From assembly GCA_009914755.4 (NCBI GenBank), contig CP068257.2, forward strand, positions 40,832,001-40,896,000: 64,000 bases of DNA. Direction: 5' to 3'. A model generated the notes under the pieces. That model saw only the letters and a list, made by a program, of their open reading frames with translations. It was not told the origin of the DNA and searched no databases. The DNA comes from the human T2T-CHM13v2.0 reference genome, Homo sapiens. The translations under genes were made by a program, and so were the position numbers. Position 1 is the stretch's first letter, and each line of letters begins with the position of its first letter. Shown here piece by piece: positions 44,253 to 57,335 of this stretch.

Positions 44253-46705
44253 TTAACCATGGCAAAGGCAGATGTGTTGTGAAGCAAATGAAGCCCATGC
44301 ACACACAGGCCCCTTCTGCTCAGGAAATCCTGCAGAAGAGAGATTTTTAACAGCACCGACCAAGGCTGCTATCTGTTTCCACTCTGACATCCCTCCACCC
44401 CTTCCTTTTGTGCCAGATGGCATAGGTGCTGAGCCACGGTGGACAGTGGGCTAAGAGAGGGCTGAGTCAGGAGTTCACGGGGTACAGAGTGAGGTGTATG
44501 GATGTGGGCCACAGCCACCTGCATGTACTGACAAGCACATTTCACAGGTTAGTCAGAGGCACCACGAAGATGCAACGAGGAGGGAGACAAACCAAGGTTG
44601 TCTGACCCATTGCCAGTGATCCTAACACCACACTTCATTTACCTTGCAAATGTTTAGAGATCCAGCAACAACTCCAGGGCTTGACCATCTATCCTCAGCC
44701 ACCTGGCAGCATTTCAGTCTATCTCCCACCCAATCATCTGACTCCAACATGCCACTCTAACCCCAGCTGCACACCAGCTCCATCCGCTGGTGCCATGCCT
44801 CTGTTTGAACTCTTCCCTCACCTCCTCACCTCCATACGGCTTCTGCTAAGTCCTTATAGGCTTGGTAGGCAGTACTGAAATTGGCAAGGATATCATAAAA
44901 TTCATAATACCACTCCATGATGTGGACAACTGCAAACTACTTTTGTCAACCACAGTATGAATCCCTGCACTAGAAAACTCAAAACGTCCTCAAATCTTAC
45001 AGCTCACTTAGGAAAGAAACTTAATAGAGGTCTCCCAAAGGTGACTGCTCTTAAAAACGTGCATATTACACCAAGTCATTAAGCTAAATGATATGTTTTG
45101 AGACTATGAATAATAAAAAGCAAATGTTGATCAATTTGTTGATCAAAGAGAAAAGAAGGAATTATATTTCTATTCTCTCTATAGAAAACATTACAAAATG
45201 GTTGCCATATGGAGAAGCATTCAAAGAGTATTAGCTAACAAAGGTAGAGAAAAGCTATTCTAGAAGTATGTCAGACATTAAAACTCAGGCTACTTAGATT
45301 CTGTGATGTTTGTGGTATTTTTAAATTTTTAACTTATTTTGATTTATCATTGCAAATGAAAATTCACTTTTATACCAACTTTATATTTTCTTTTTTTTAA
45401 AGAGGTTCTCAAAACTTACATAAGCTTCTGGCTTACACAAAAACTGGACCCACTTCCACATGAAGATAAAGAATACCCAATAGGCTAAGAAAATGCTAAT
45501 TATTCAAGTAATATTTGTTTATGTGAATAACCCCAAAATTTATCTGCAGAAGGAACTTCTACATATTTATTTCCTCAATCATCCCATTATTTACTCAGCA
45601 CCTACAATGTCCTGGGCACTTTGTGAGATGAACGAAGAGCTGTACAAAGGACAGTGCATGTCCCCAGGGCGCGAGCACCAGCCTGAGGATGGAAGGTTGG
45701 CACCTGAGCAGCAGCTGAGGACAGGGAAGGCAGCACGAAAAGCTGCATGGCACAATTTCAAAAAGTGGGTAAGTCATTCAGAAAAGAGCAGGCTTACCAA
45801 AAATTCATGGAGAGAGGGAAGGTGGCAACTGCTAACAATTAAGGAAGAGGACTAGGTCCCATGATGTGATGTGTGACAGGAACAATGTGAACAAGAGAGA
45901 TGAAGATCCCCAAATTGAGATAATTCAGTAAAAAATACTTCAGGTCCCTGAACCTAAATTAACCATGAGGATGTGCAAATACCTAGAGGGATTTGTCTGG
46001 GTCTTAAGGGGCAGTGATGTGCCTGGATTTGTAACATTTGCCAGGTTCTGTGGTGTAAATACTCACACCGTGGCCAATTTCAAGCTACACATGGAGCTGG
46101 GAAGAGATGCACAGAATGGGTTTTTGTGAGCTACTATGAGGGGGTTCCAGCACAGCCCTGGGGCATAGAGACCTCAGCTGAAACAGGTACATCATTTGGT
46201 TTCTTCCCAACAAAACTTCATGACAAAATTATTACATCCCTCCTCTCTTGGCCATGTCAGAGGATCTCCAGGGTGTCATGGTGAGAAAAATATATTACAT
46301 ATTTTGCAGAAAAATTTCAAAAATAAAAGAGAACAGTTAAGTTGCAAAAGACACTAAATTTTGCACCAAGAGGACGGTGAGCAAAATTTTTTAAAGTCCC
46401 AATCTACTTAAAAAACCTGTTAAGAGGCTCGGCCCAGCATTTTGTAATGCCACCACAGGGACCCTGCACAAATAGAGAAGGTAATTCAGAGAAAAGTCAC
46501 CTGCTGAGGCACATCTCTAACAGCTATAAGTCAAGTTTCCTTTTTTGAGGTGAGTGACATTTGTAAACTTTATTATTGTGGCTTTAAATTTGCACTTAAT
46601 TTTTTTTTTAAAGTCTTTCTACCCCAATCCTATACTTTCTGATCATTCTTGAACTTGTCAACTGAGGTTTTTTCCAACTATATTTCTTCTCAGGAGTAAC
46701 TCCCA

Positions 46706-47150
46706 GTTGGTTGGTTGGTTGGTTGGTTGGTTGATTTGTTGGTTAACTGGTTGGTTGGTTGGTTGGCTGGTTGGCTGGTTGGTTAGTTGGCTAACCGATT
46801 GGTTGGTTGGTTGGTTGGCTGGCTGGTTGGTTGGTTAACTGGTTGGCTGGGTGGTTGGCTAGTCAGTTGGCTGGTTGGTTGATTGGTTGGCTGTTTGGTT
46901 GGCTGGTTCGTTGGTTGTTTGGTTGGTTGGCTAGTCAGTTGACTGGTTTGTTGATTGGTTAGCTGTTTGGTTGGCTGGTTGGCTGGTTGGTTGGTTGGTT
47001 GGTTGGTTGGCTGGTTGGCTAATTGGTTGGTTGGTTAGACAGTTGGTTGGTTAATTGGTTGGTTGATTGGTTGCTTGGTTGGCTAGTCAGTTGGCTGGTT
47101 GGTTGATTGGTTGGCTGTTTGATTGGCTGGTTGTGGGTCAGTTGGCTGGT
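46706..47150. repeat. Long imperfect tetranucleotide repeat (TTGG)n, equivalent to (CCAA)n on the RSPH1 strand, ~445 bp, in RSPH1 intron 3
   Basis: ttggttggttggttggttggttggttgatttgttggttaactggttggttggttggttggctggttggctggttggttagttggc... This explains the [10 protein letters not shown] artefact ORF 47019-47363 (-). Confidence 0.95.
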
Positions 47151-50100
47151 GTGGAGCAGGTGCTCCTTGGGTAGAGCAGTTTGTCTGGCACTTGGGATTG
47201 AAGACAATTTAAAATGAGAAGCTCTCCAAGATGCTCCTCCCCCCTCAAATGCTGGTTGGTCACTGGTTTGCCATGCTGGCCCATGGTCTTGCCAAGTTGG
47301 CTCCCTAAACTGCTGGGTCAGCCAAACACAGGAGAGAAGGAGCCCACACTTATGGGGAAACACTCGGTGTCAGACCCTGGGCAGGGTTCCGTGCACTTGC
47401 CACAGCATTTGGTATGTGTAATCGCTGAAATATGGTTTTACAGATGCAGAACCTGAAAAGCAGAGAGACTGCATGCATTCCCCAAGGTCCCACAGCTGGT
47501 GGGTAGCAAGACTGAAATGAAAATTGGAGTCTGTCTAACACCATGCTCTCTTCTCCACAAGCATCCCAACAGTCAAGTGCTCATTTTTTCCAGCTCCTGC
47601 CATTCGGGGGCTTCCAAAAAACCCAGGTTCAAGTTATCATGTCATTCTTCTTTCTCCACAATGTCATTCTTAAACTTCTTTGTTTTGATGAGTTCTGTTT
47701 GACAGGCAACAAGGCCAGCAGGGAATAGGGATGCTCTTTCTCCCCCTTAACCTCAGAGTCCTCAGTTGGCCCTACACCCCCAACCCTCAGCATCAGTACA
47801 TGGGGTCTAGGCCTCCCCCACATCTGGCACCCACCCTCCCCTCCATCTCATCCCCCACTACCCCTAAAAACCTCGGCCTTCCTGCCTGTATCCAAGTCAC
47901 CCGCCACCCAGGACCGTCTCCCCACTCCTCTCCTGCAGCACTATAGCCTCTGCTGGCTCCTGGACTCCCTAATTGGACTTGTGTGACCATCTGGGAGACA
48001 GGTAGGGTACTGGACTTTATGCCACAGGGTCCTGACGTTGAACACACTGCCCTGCACAAAACCATTCTGGCCCATTGTGATGGCAGCCAGCCAAGATACA
48101 CTGTTATGAATAACTCAGCCATACATTAACTGAGATTTTGTGATTGGAAGAGTATTGGCTTACTATGTTATAATTAATATTATAACTTCTGACCTCAGTT
48201 TCCATTGCTGCCTTCATGAAGTAAGACACTTATTTAAGCTTTTGTCAGAGAAGAAATCTCTGGGTAGTGGCTAAATCTTGCACCCTTTAAGATACAAAGC
48301 CATCTGGAGAATCAAAAATCCCAACTGTTACCAGAAGAGCTTTATATGTTAGTGTGGCATAATAAGAAATATTGGTCTTTATTCATGGTTCCCAGCACAG
48401 AGCTCCTAAAACCCTTGACATTTCCTGACTGATAGAAATGTTTTTGTTATTCAAAATGAGACTCTTTTGACCACACCTGAACTTATGCAAATGAGGCCCA
48501 GGATGGCCTCAAGATGGGACTGAACACCAGAAAGACCAAGTGATAAGAAGGATAGAACCTCCAGCCCCACCCACCAACTCTGGTAAAGAAGAAGGAAGGG
48601 GCCAGAGATTAAGCTCTGTAAAAACTCTTGAGCAAGATTTGTTGAGCTTCTGGGGTGATAAACATATCATGTGCCAGGAGGGTGGTGCACTCCACCTCCA
48701 CAAGGACAGAAGCTCCTGTGCTTGGGAACCTTCCAGGCCTTGCCCTCTGTACCTCTGAATCTGGCTGTTCATCCATATTCTTTATAATATCCTTTACAGT
48801 AAACATGAGTAAAGTGCTTTCCTGAGTCCTATGAGCCGCTATGGCACATTATCAAACCTGAGTAGGGTGTTGTAGGAACCCCCAATTTGTAGCCGAGTCA
48901 GGTAGAACTGTGGGTACCCTCCGGATCCACAACTTGAGGTTGACATCTGAAGTGGGGCAGTCTTGGAAACTGAGCCCTTAACCTGTGGGGTCTGTGCTAA
49001 CTCTGGGTGGTGTCAGAATGGAGTTGCATCATTGGAAACTCAGTTGGTGTTCACAGAAGACTGGAGAAGTACATAGCATGGAAAATCCATGCATTTGGTG
49101 TCAGAGAAACAGTTACCCATTTTTAACCTTCATATTCAAAATTCCTTAAATCCCTTATCCTAAATATCTTCGTGTGTGTGTGTGTTGTTCAAATTGTATC
49201 AACATCTACACTAAAATCAAAAGTGACAAGAATGAGATTAGGTGCATAAGGATTTGGAAAGAATTAAATTAAGCCCCAAATTAAATTGTTTAAAGTTGAT
49301 TTAAAAAGCAGATGGTGCTTCTTATAGAGCAAGCCTTCTGGGATTTATGAAACAAAACAAAACAATTTCTATCTAACAGGGATGGTATTAAAACCCTCCA
49401 TCTTGGTCTCAGAATTGGACAGAATCATCACTGACATCTATTAAAATAAGAACCACCTACTGGTTCTTATTTTATCTAGGAGCAAAGCAAGCAACTATAG
49501 CTCGCACTTTGTAAGAATATGTCCTCCTCACTAAGAAGTGATGCTGTCACAAGTGGTACATCACAGTCCTAGCCCCAGTTACTGAGTGCTCACTATGGAT
49601 CAGGCAAGGTTGCAGGTGTCTCCCTGTGTTTATCCATTGAATCTTCATGCTACAGATGAGAAACTGAGGCAAGGAGATGTGAAGTCACCTATGCAAGCTC
49701 ACACCTATTGTCACCAGAGTCCAAGGTTAGGGTCACAGATCTTTTTGGAAATCTGAAGAAAACTAGACAATTTCTTTCTTCCTAGGGAAAAAACAAAAAG
49801 CCCAGAACACAGAATTTTATATACACTTTCTGAAGACTCACAACACGCTCCCTGCCGGTCCCCCTGCCCAGGTTTGGGATATCACTAATGTGGTCACACC
49901 AGGTGACAACGGCACAAGGGGCGGCAGGGAGGTTCTTGGAAATAAAGGAAAAAGAATCCTCCTCAAACATAACATTGGCCTGTAAGGACTTATGGCACAG
50001 GTAGGAAAAGTCAGTTTAACAAGGCAGGAAGACTCCCAGACAGGAAGCCCTGATGTAAGGAAACACTCGATCTGAAGAAATAACACATCCGTCAGATGGC

Positions 50101-50474
50101 GGGGTTGGTCAGAAATGGAAAATGCAAAGACAGGTTCAGGAAGATGAATGCCGCAGAGCAGCTGAAGCCGTGGGTCCACCAGCTGCGAGGCCTGCGTCCA
50201 CTCAGGAGCCTCCCTTTTGTCTGCTCCCAGGACATGGACATGCTGGCCACAGGGACAGATTTCCCACTACAGATTCATTAGTGAGTTAATTAATTACAAG
50301 GCTTTCCTATTTCTGCATCAACACTGTGAATATAGTAACACGATCTGTGTTCGTTGAATGAGTAACTGGAGAACTTTAAGCTTTCTCATACATGTCAGTA
50401 TTCACAGACAAGTTCAGTCATAAAGAAAGAAAAACTTCTGTAACACGAAAATCTGCTTAGTGATAACATTTTAC

Positions 50475-50580
50475 CTTCATATCTGGATCCATCTGGATAT
50501 ATAAAAGTGCCTTGACCGTGCTTTTTATTTCTAACATATTCTCCGATATATCGAGCACCATTTTTAAATTTGTAGATCCC
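50475..50580 (-). CDS. RSPH1: RSPH1 exon 3 ([35 protein letters not shown]+G), MORN repeats
   Basis: Acceptor gtgtttcag|GGGATCTAC and donor GAAG|gtaaaat. 106 nt. Confidence 0.9.
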
Positions 50581-50682
50581 CTGAAACACATTGATTATAT
50601 CATTCATATCATTGCTGAATGTAGCATTTGCTAACAGAGTATTAAATAGAGAAAACCATCCAGTCAAGTCAACGGTTCTGAC

Positions 50683-50796
50683 CTGGCCATGTCTTTTACC
50701 GAATTCGTAGCTCCCTTCGTAGGTGTCCCCGTTGGGTAGCCGTGCCCTCCCACGTCCGTGCCTTTCGCCTGCCTCATTCCGACCCCCCTCATATTC
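50683..50796 (-). CDS. RSPH1: RSPH1 exon 2 ([38 protein letters not shown]), MORN repeats 1-2
   Basis: Acceptor ttacccag|GAATATGAG (ag = complement of 50797-50798) and donor CAG|gtcagaacc. 114 nt, phase 0/0. Verified by reverse-complement translation. Confidence 0.9.
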
Positions 50797-51467
50797 CTGG
50801 GTAATGAAAATTGACACAATTACAGCTACCATTCATTAAGCGCTAACCAGGTGCTAAGCATTTTGTAAATATCATACCCTTGAGTCATCCCACTATGCTA
50901 AACCCCCGGCACTATACTCAATTGTCCCACCTTTCCCACCTTAAAGTTGAGGTAGGTAACAACGCCTGGGCTAGATGAGGCACTGGACCAAGGCCACACC
51001 CCAGCACATGTCCAGGGCGGAAGCCTCATTCCCTCCCTCCAACACAGAGCTTGCAATTCATTGTGATAATCCTTTACCCTGTAAGCAAGGTTAACCAATT
51101 TGTGAAAAATGCTAGATACTCTAAGCTGTGTTCTTAGTAGGAACATGCTTGAAATAGTACATGCGGGTAGAACAGTTCAAGTCCACACAAATACCTCCCC
51201 GTTTGCTTCCTTCAGTAATCCAGGATTTCAAAGGCAAATGCCCAGAGAGAAGCAACTCTTCCCTCAAATGATCCCTGGGGCGGGGTGTGGCCTGAAGAGA
51301 CCTTTGCCCTGCAAGGAATTTCCGATGGAAGGGACAGGTTGGAGGGCACTGAGGAGTACACAGGGCTCCCTTGCTGATTAAGTTTATCTTATTTTTAAGA
51401 CCCCTAGCAAGAGACTTAAGGTTCGAACACTCATGACCCAATGCTGCAATAATTATGTATCTATCTG

Positions 51468-51759
51468 TGGTTTGTTTTTGTTTTTGAGACAGGGCCTCAC
51501 TCTGTTGCCAAGGCTAGAGTGCAGTGGCACAATCTCAGCTCACTGCAACCTCCGCCTCCCAGGCTCCAGTGATCCTTCCACCTCAGACTGCTGAGTAGCT
51601 GAGACTATAGGCATGCGCCACCATTCCCAGCTAATTTTAAAATTTTTTTGTAGAGACAAGGTCTCACTATATTGCCCTGGCTGGTCTCAAAGTCCTGGAC
51701 TCAAGCGATCCTTGGCCTCCCAAAGTGCTGGAATTACAGGTATGAGCCACCATGCCTGC
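51468..51759 (-). mobile_element. Alu SINE, - orientation, in RSPH1 intron 1. TSD AATTATGT(A/G)TCTATCT.
   Basis: tttgtttttgtttttgagacagggcctcactctgttgccaaggctagagtgcagtggcacaatctcagctcactgcaacctccgcctcc...tatgagccaccatgcctgc. Confidence 0.9.
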
Positions 51760-52413
51760 TCAATTATGTGTCTATCTTAAAAGTAAATAAATAAAAAATG
51801 TGATCAAAGCTTGCAATTTTCCTATCCTTCAGAAAATAAATGTTCCTTAGCACCTAATACATGGGTATAGAGTGAATATAGTAAATAATAAAATGCTGAA
51901 AGCATCCAGTAATGATTTAACATGGGTATCTCATAACATCACACTGTATTTCTTAAATATACATAATAAAATTTATTAAAAATTAAAATTAAGAAATTGA
52001 ATTGGATGTATATAGACTTATTATAACACAAGTACTGACACACTACATTGAGGACTTCAGAAATAAACGTCTGTGCAATTCTTGCCCTTTTCTAGCACTG
52101 TTTGGACCACTAATTCCTGCCTAGAATATAAGGTAAAAATCTGCGACCTCACAGATTTGTTTCAGGGTTAGTTTACATCAAAATGTACAAAAGTCCCCTC
52201 CTTCTATCCAAGAGGCTTCCCAATACACCCAACACTGAGCCGCTGGGGTGGCTGAATAAGACAGAAATCCTTTAAAATGACCCCAAATGTGATCTGAACC
52301 TAAAAATTATAGGCACTAAAAAGTTACAAATCAGTGGGGCCATTTGAGGAGACAAACTAGAAATCTTGCTGGTCAAGTGTTGCAGGTTGGGTTCACCTAG
52401 AAACAGACCCTGA

Positions 52414-52747
<334 letters not shown>

Positions 52748-53849
52748 TAGTAAAGAGGGCAGGGAAGTAGACATGAAAGGGCAGGCAGCTAAGGAAGGAT
52801 GCCTTTGCAGGTGAAGTCCCAGACTTGGCCTAATCCAACAGGGACTCTGGGGGCATCAATCGCACTGCAGACTTTGTCCTGCTTCTTGCACTAGCTACTG
52901 GCTGTCTGGCCGGATGTGAATTTCAGGCACTTCTGGCTCTCCATACTGGGCAGGTAGTTCCAGCGCACAGAGGTGATAGCTTGAGTAGCAAATCAGGCGG
53001 AAGCTGGGAGATGAGTGCCCAGAGCTAGCAAAAAGGTCTGGGCAGGCACTGACAGCACCACTGCAGAGTCGCTAGATTTTTCAGTTAATTCTGAAAGTAC
53101 CTCAACTCTGTACTGTGCATGCAGACCATAGTGGCTGAGGTTCCCTACCTGTCAGCCATGGAGAGGTCACTCTCTGGAGTAGGGAGGAACTACTCTCTGG
53201 GTGATAGAAATATTCCCACACAGAACCCAGCTCACAGGCTGGATGTGCCCTCTTTCTCCTCTCTGCTGCCTAACTCAGGAAATAACTCCAAAGACCTGGG
53301 TCAGTTCAGATGGGGACTGAAGAAAGCACATGTGAGGATACGCCTATAAGGTAATATCTTCAGGAACCCTCTCCTGAGCCCAGGGCCTCCTCAGCATTTC
53401 TTGGAGGCTGCCAGGAAGCAACTATCCTCCATGCATCTAAATGCCGGGGGAGCAAATCTCAGCTACAGAAATGACTTATTCAAGGGCAGTATGGCAGCGT
53501 GGGATGATCTGCTCATCCGAGAAAACTGCCTCGATGGGAATTAACACAGGGAGGAGGAAACTTCCAAAGCCTTCCGCTGGGAAATCTTTGCCTTTAATGG
53601 GAGGCAGGATGGGGGTGGGGGAAGAACGAGGCGGCATGTGGTAACCAGACGTCACAGCGTTTCACTTTTCACCATCAACTTCCAGGACGCACGCAGGTGT
53701 GTCTGGCGTGGCCTTCGTCCCTGCCGGGGATCCTGGGGAGCTGTGGCTCAGACCTCTGGTTTCTGCGCCTCCTCACTCTCCAAACCCAACCTCGAGGTTC
53801 CCCCGCCGCTGCGCACCCTGGGAAGCCCTTTCTCACCAGGAGCTCTCAC

Positions 53850-53903
53850 CCCAATATCATTCTCTCCCTCCTCCTCCAACTCCTCCGAGCCCAGGTCCGA
53901 CAT
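53850..53903 (-). CDS. RSPH1: RSPH1 exon 1 coding part (MSDLGSEELEEEGENDIG), ATG at 53903-53901
   Basis: Reverse strand reads ATGTCGGACCTGGGCTCGGAGGAGTTGGAGGAGGAGGGAGAGAATGATATTGGG|gtgagagc (donor gt = complement of 53848-53849). Sits in a CpG island. Matches the RSPH1 N-terminus. Confidence 0.88.
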
Positions 53904-54300
53904 GGTCTCGCCCCAGCCTGGATCACAGCCGCAGCGCCTCTAGCAGGTGGGTAGCAACCGCCTCCACCGCCGCGTCCCGCGTCGCCATGGAGACGCGGCC
54001 GGTCCCGCCTCCCTCCCAGCCCGGAAGATGGGGAGCGGGGACAGGCGACGCGGACGAAGCGGGAGGAGCCACTGGCAGCCTTTGCGTACTGTCATAGCAA
54101 CGGGAAGGGCACCTCGACCAATCACCGCCCGGGAATACGGAGGGGCGGGGCGGAAGGGACGAGGTGGAGCCAGTGGCAGCACTCTGGTGCCGTCATAGCA
54201 ACGAGGGGCCGCTTCGGCCAATCACTGCTCGGGAAGCGAGGGGGCGGGGACTGGGCAGGGCCTGAGCGGGTTCTGTGCCTGGCTGCCCACCGGCTCTCTG
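53904..54300 (-). promoter_or_regulatory. RSPH1: RSPH1 5'UTR/core promoter in a CpG island. It contains the X-box-like palindrome GTCGCCATGGAGAC (53981-53994), AGCAAC half-sites, two CCAAT boxes (54118-54122, 54218-54222) and two GC boxes (54142-54150, 54241-54249).
   Basis: High CpG density from 53650 to 54600. Motifs were read directly from the sequence. TSS position was not determined. RSPH1 is a motile-cilium gene, so RFX/X-box regulation is plausible. Confidence 0.55.
54066..54262. repeat. Tandem duplication (2 x ~100 bp) inside the RSPH1 promoter. Each unit contains gtcatagcaacg, CCAAT and GGGGCGGGG.
   Basis: Copy 1 is gagccactggcagc...ccaatcaccgcccgggaatacggaggggcggggcgg. Copy 2 is gagccagtggcagc...ccaatcactgctcgggaagcgagggggcggggact. 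Confidence 0.8.
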
Positions 54301-57240
54301 ACCTGGACCTCGCCGTCGCTGGCCCCTGAAATCCATCACTTTTGTCGGCTGTTCTGTGACGCCACAACGAGGAGCCACCTGGGTACTGGGCCCTCAAGAG
54401 GAAGGACGCGGGAAACGCGTCCGGGCCAACTCTCGAGAGGGTTTCACCCCTGCCCAGTGCGGGCACTGCCCGCTCCCTTCCGCCCCCAGGCCTCGCAGGC
54501 CCCTCCGGGGGTGCTGCCCACCCCCACTTACCTTTCTAGGCTCTGCTGACCCTTCGGGATTCGCGGCTAGCTGTGATGTGTCCGCCAAGATCTCTTCTCT
54601 TGTCTGTAAACAACTTCACTCTCAAGGAGGCAGCTCTGGCCTCTCAGCAGGTGCGGCCTACAGTGATGTCCGTCCGGGTTTTACATCCTTCCCCGACCTC
54701 GACATGAGTCCCAGCCCCCTCGGGCCTCTGACTCTCAGGTGTCCCCTACGATCGCCGTCCTCTCCTCTCGCTCCTGGCTCCCCTACACTGTCACACACCC
54801 ACACAATCACAGACGCACACGCATGTACACGTGCAGGCTTGGAAATCTGCTTTACCTGACGCACTCCGCCTGCCGAAGGCCCCTCACATCTCCCATTTCC
54901 TCTGCCATCATCCCAGACTGCAAAGCTGTGTTATTTGTTGTTGCTGCAGGAGCTGGGGAGGAGTGACTGAATAACTATAGGATTTGGTCTTGATGGGAGA
55001 ATCCCAGAAGCCAAATCCACGCGGTGAATAAGCTGCTGATCTTCCAGAGCACACATCCCCTAGAGATTCTTCCCAATGCTAATATGAAAGGTTACAACCA
55101 TAACCCATCATCAGGCCCAAATATATTACTTACTGAATAAATACACAAGTTACAACAACACACGAGATTCCAAAATTATGTCGTTTTTTAGATGCAAAGA
55201 TAAAAATGTTGTAAACACCAAAATTTAACAGCTTTTCTTATGGGGAAAAGTGGGGAGTTAGGGATAACAGATGATTATTATTTTCTTCTCTACATATTGG
55301 CAGTTACCCAGTTACTACAATTAAGCATGTCCTATTTTTATAATAAAATGCCAGAAGCATTTTAAATGTTAGAAATCTAGAATGGTAACATAAGTATATG
55401 CAAATAAATACTCGTTTTTTACATTTAAAATGTCAGAAATTTAGCTTTCAAATTTGTCCTAACAATGACAGTAACCAGTGTTTACTAAGTTCTGACACTG
55501 TGTGTGGGCACTGTTTTAAGAATTTTATGAGTTATCTTATTAAATCCTCACTATCATTCCTCCATTGAACATCTAAGGAAAGGGAGTTATAGGGGGTTAT
55601 AAACTAAAAATAACCTCCTAAGCCCCACCACAGCCAACTGAATGGACCCCTCTTGGCCAAGAGGGCCCCAGAAACCTTAAAAACTGCGTTCTCAGCCATG
55701 ATGGGAAGGGAGGTCGAACATGCCTCACTAATACCCTTGTGCAGTTTAGACACAACAACTAACAAGCATTAATGTTAAAATAGAGATCATAAGACTGACA
55801 GAATGGACGCTGTGGCAGTAAGATACCAACTTACAAACAGGACCTAAGGCCATGCCAGGCATGAGTTAAGTCATGCATCCCTACACTTAAAAGAATAAAC
55901 TATATTTTAACTACCTGGAGAAGGTCTTATGACTCGTGTTTTACATCCTGTACTTGAGCAAACAATCTTACTGTGAATCTCTCAAATCGTATCATGAGTT
56001 CCTCAGACTGTTGATGTACTAATTAATACGTAAACTACTGACACTGAAAAGGATACTGATTTGTTTCTGAATCATGACGTTTCACTGATTGTCTTGTGCA
56101 TATGCAGAAAACATTTTAGCCTGTATGTTGTCATCTGTAGCCAATGATTGTAACCTCTATATTGTCCCTCCAATGAAAAAAGACAACTGCAATATGAGGA
56201 GTCCCCTTCCCATTCCTCAACTTTCTTATAAAAGCACTGCAACTTGTAACAGACTTTGGAACACACCCAACTTTGTTGGTGTGTCTTCCCCATTCAATCT
56301 TCAAATTTGGCTTTCAATAAGCCTTTATCAATTTCCGCCTCAACAGCCTTAACTTTGGTCGACAGCAGTTAAGATCCTTACCCAAGATCATACAGCTAGT
56401 GGGATTCAAATCAAGCCAGCTGACCCAAGAGCAACTGTTGCCCATCACTATACTGCCTCCCAGATCTGTGATATAAAGAAATAACTATAGTTTTCTGGCA
56501 GTGACTAAACCATCTACCAAGCAGAGGACCACTAGTTCAAATGCCTTGGATTGCAAACACCAGAGAGTGGCTTAAGCAAACCACATGGTTAAGCAAACCC
56601 TGTTCTGGATCACATCATTAGCAGCTAGACGTCTAGCTATAGCTATTAAATCCTAAGGTTTACAATTTGATTTCTATCCCATACGAATTAGCCAGGGTCT
56701 TCCCTCCCAAATCTTTCAGTCAATCTATAGTAATTTCACCACACTGTGGGTTTGGCAATTATCCAAATAATTGACACCAAAGGCAAGAAGGGGTGAACAA
56801 CAGGATGGGCCTCCCGGCATCTCCTGCAGCAGCACCTGGACTGGATTCTAAATTCCTCCTTCCAGAAAGAAGCTGCATCCCAGCCCAGATCCAGCTGAGA
56901 GCCACAGCTGCCAAGAGGCAGTCGGAGCTCTGGGCACCTCTCTGTGCACCCAGGAAGCCCCAGGAGGACTTCATCAAGCCAAGTCGATGCCTCACTCAGA
57001 GCCCCAGGATCCCTGACTCCTAACCCCACAGTGACCTGGAAATGCCTGGTGATGCCAGAAGCAGCGCTTTCCAATTCTGAAGGCCCTCAAAATGCTTGTT
57101 CAGCCCACCTTCCTCCTTTCCTGGGGCGTGGGAGTGGTGGGGAGATGAGAGGCAGAAAGATGAGGACATCATCAGGAGGTTTTTCCTTACTGGAAAATGA
57201 GAGGAAATCCTCTTTCACTACTTAAAAATCAAAAGGGGCT

Positions 57241-57335
57241 GTCCATATTCCTCTGGCAGGGGTCTCCCATCATCCCCCGCGAGGCATTCCCATTATCCCC
57301 TGCGGAGCTTTCCCATCATCCACAGAGGCCCTTCC
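57241..57335. repeat. Short tandem repeat, ~23-bp unit x4 (ttcccatcatcccc..gcgragnc)
   Basis: ggtctcccatcatcccccgcgaggcattcccattatcccctgcggagctttcccatcatccacagaggcccttcccataacccccaagtgggaag. Confidence 0.7.
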
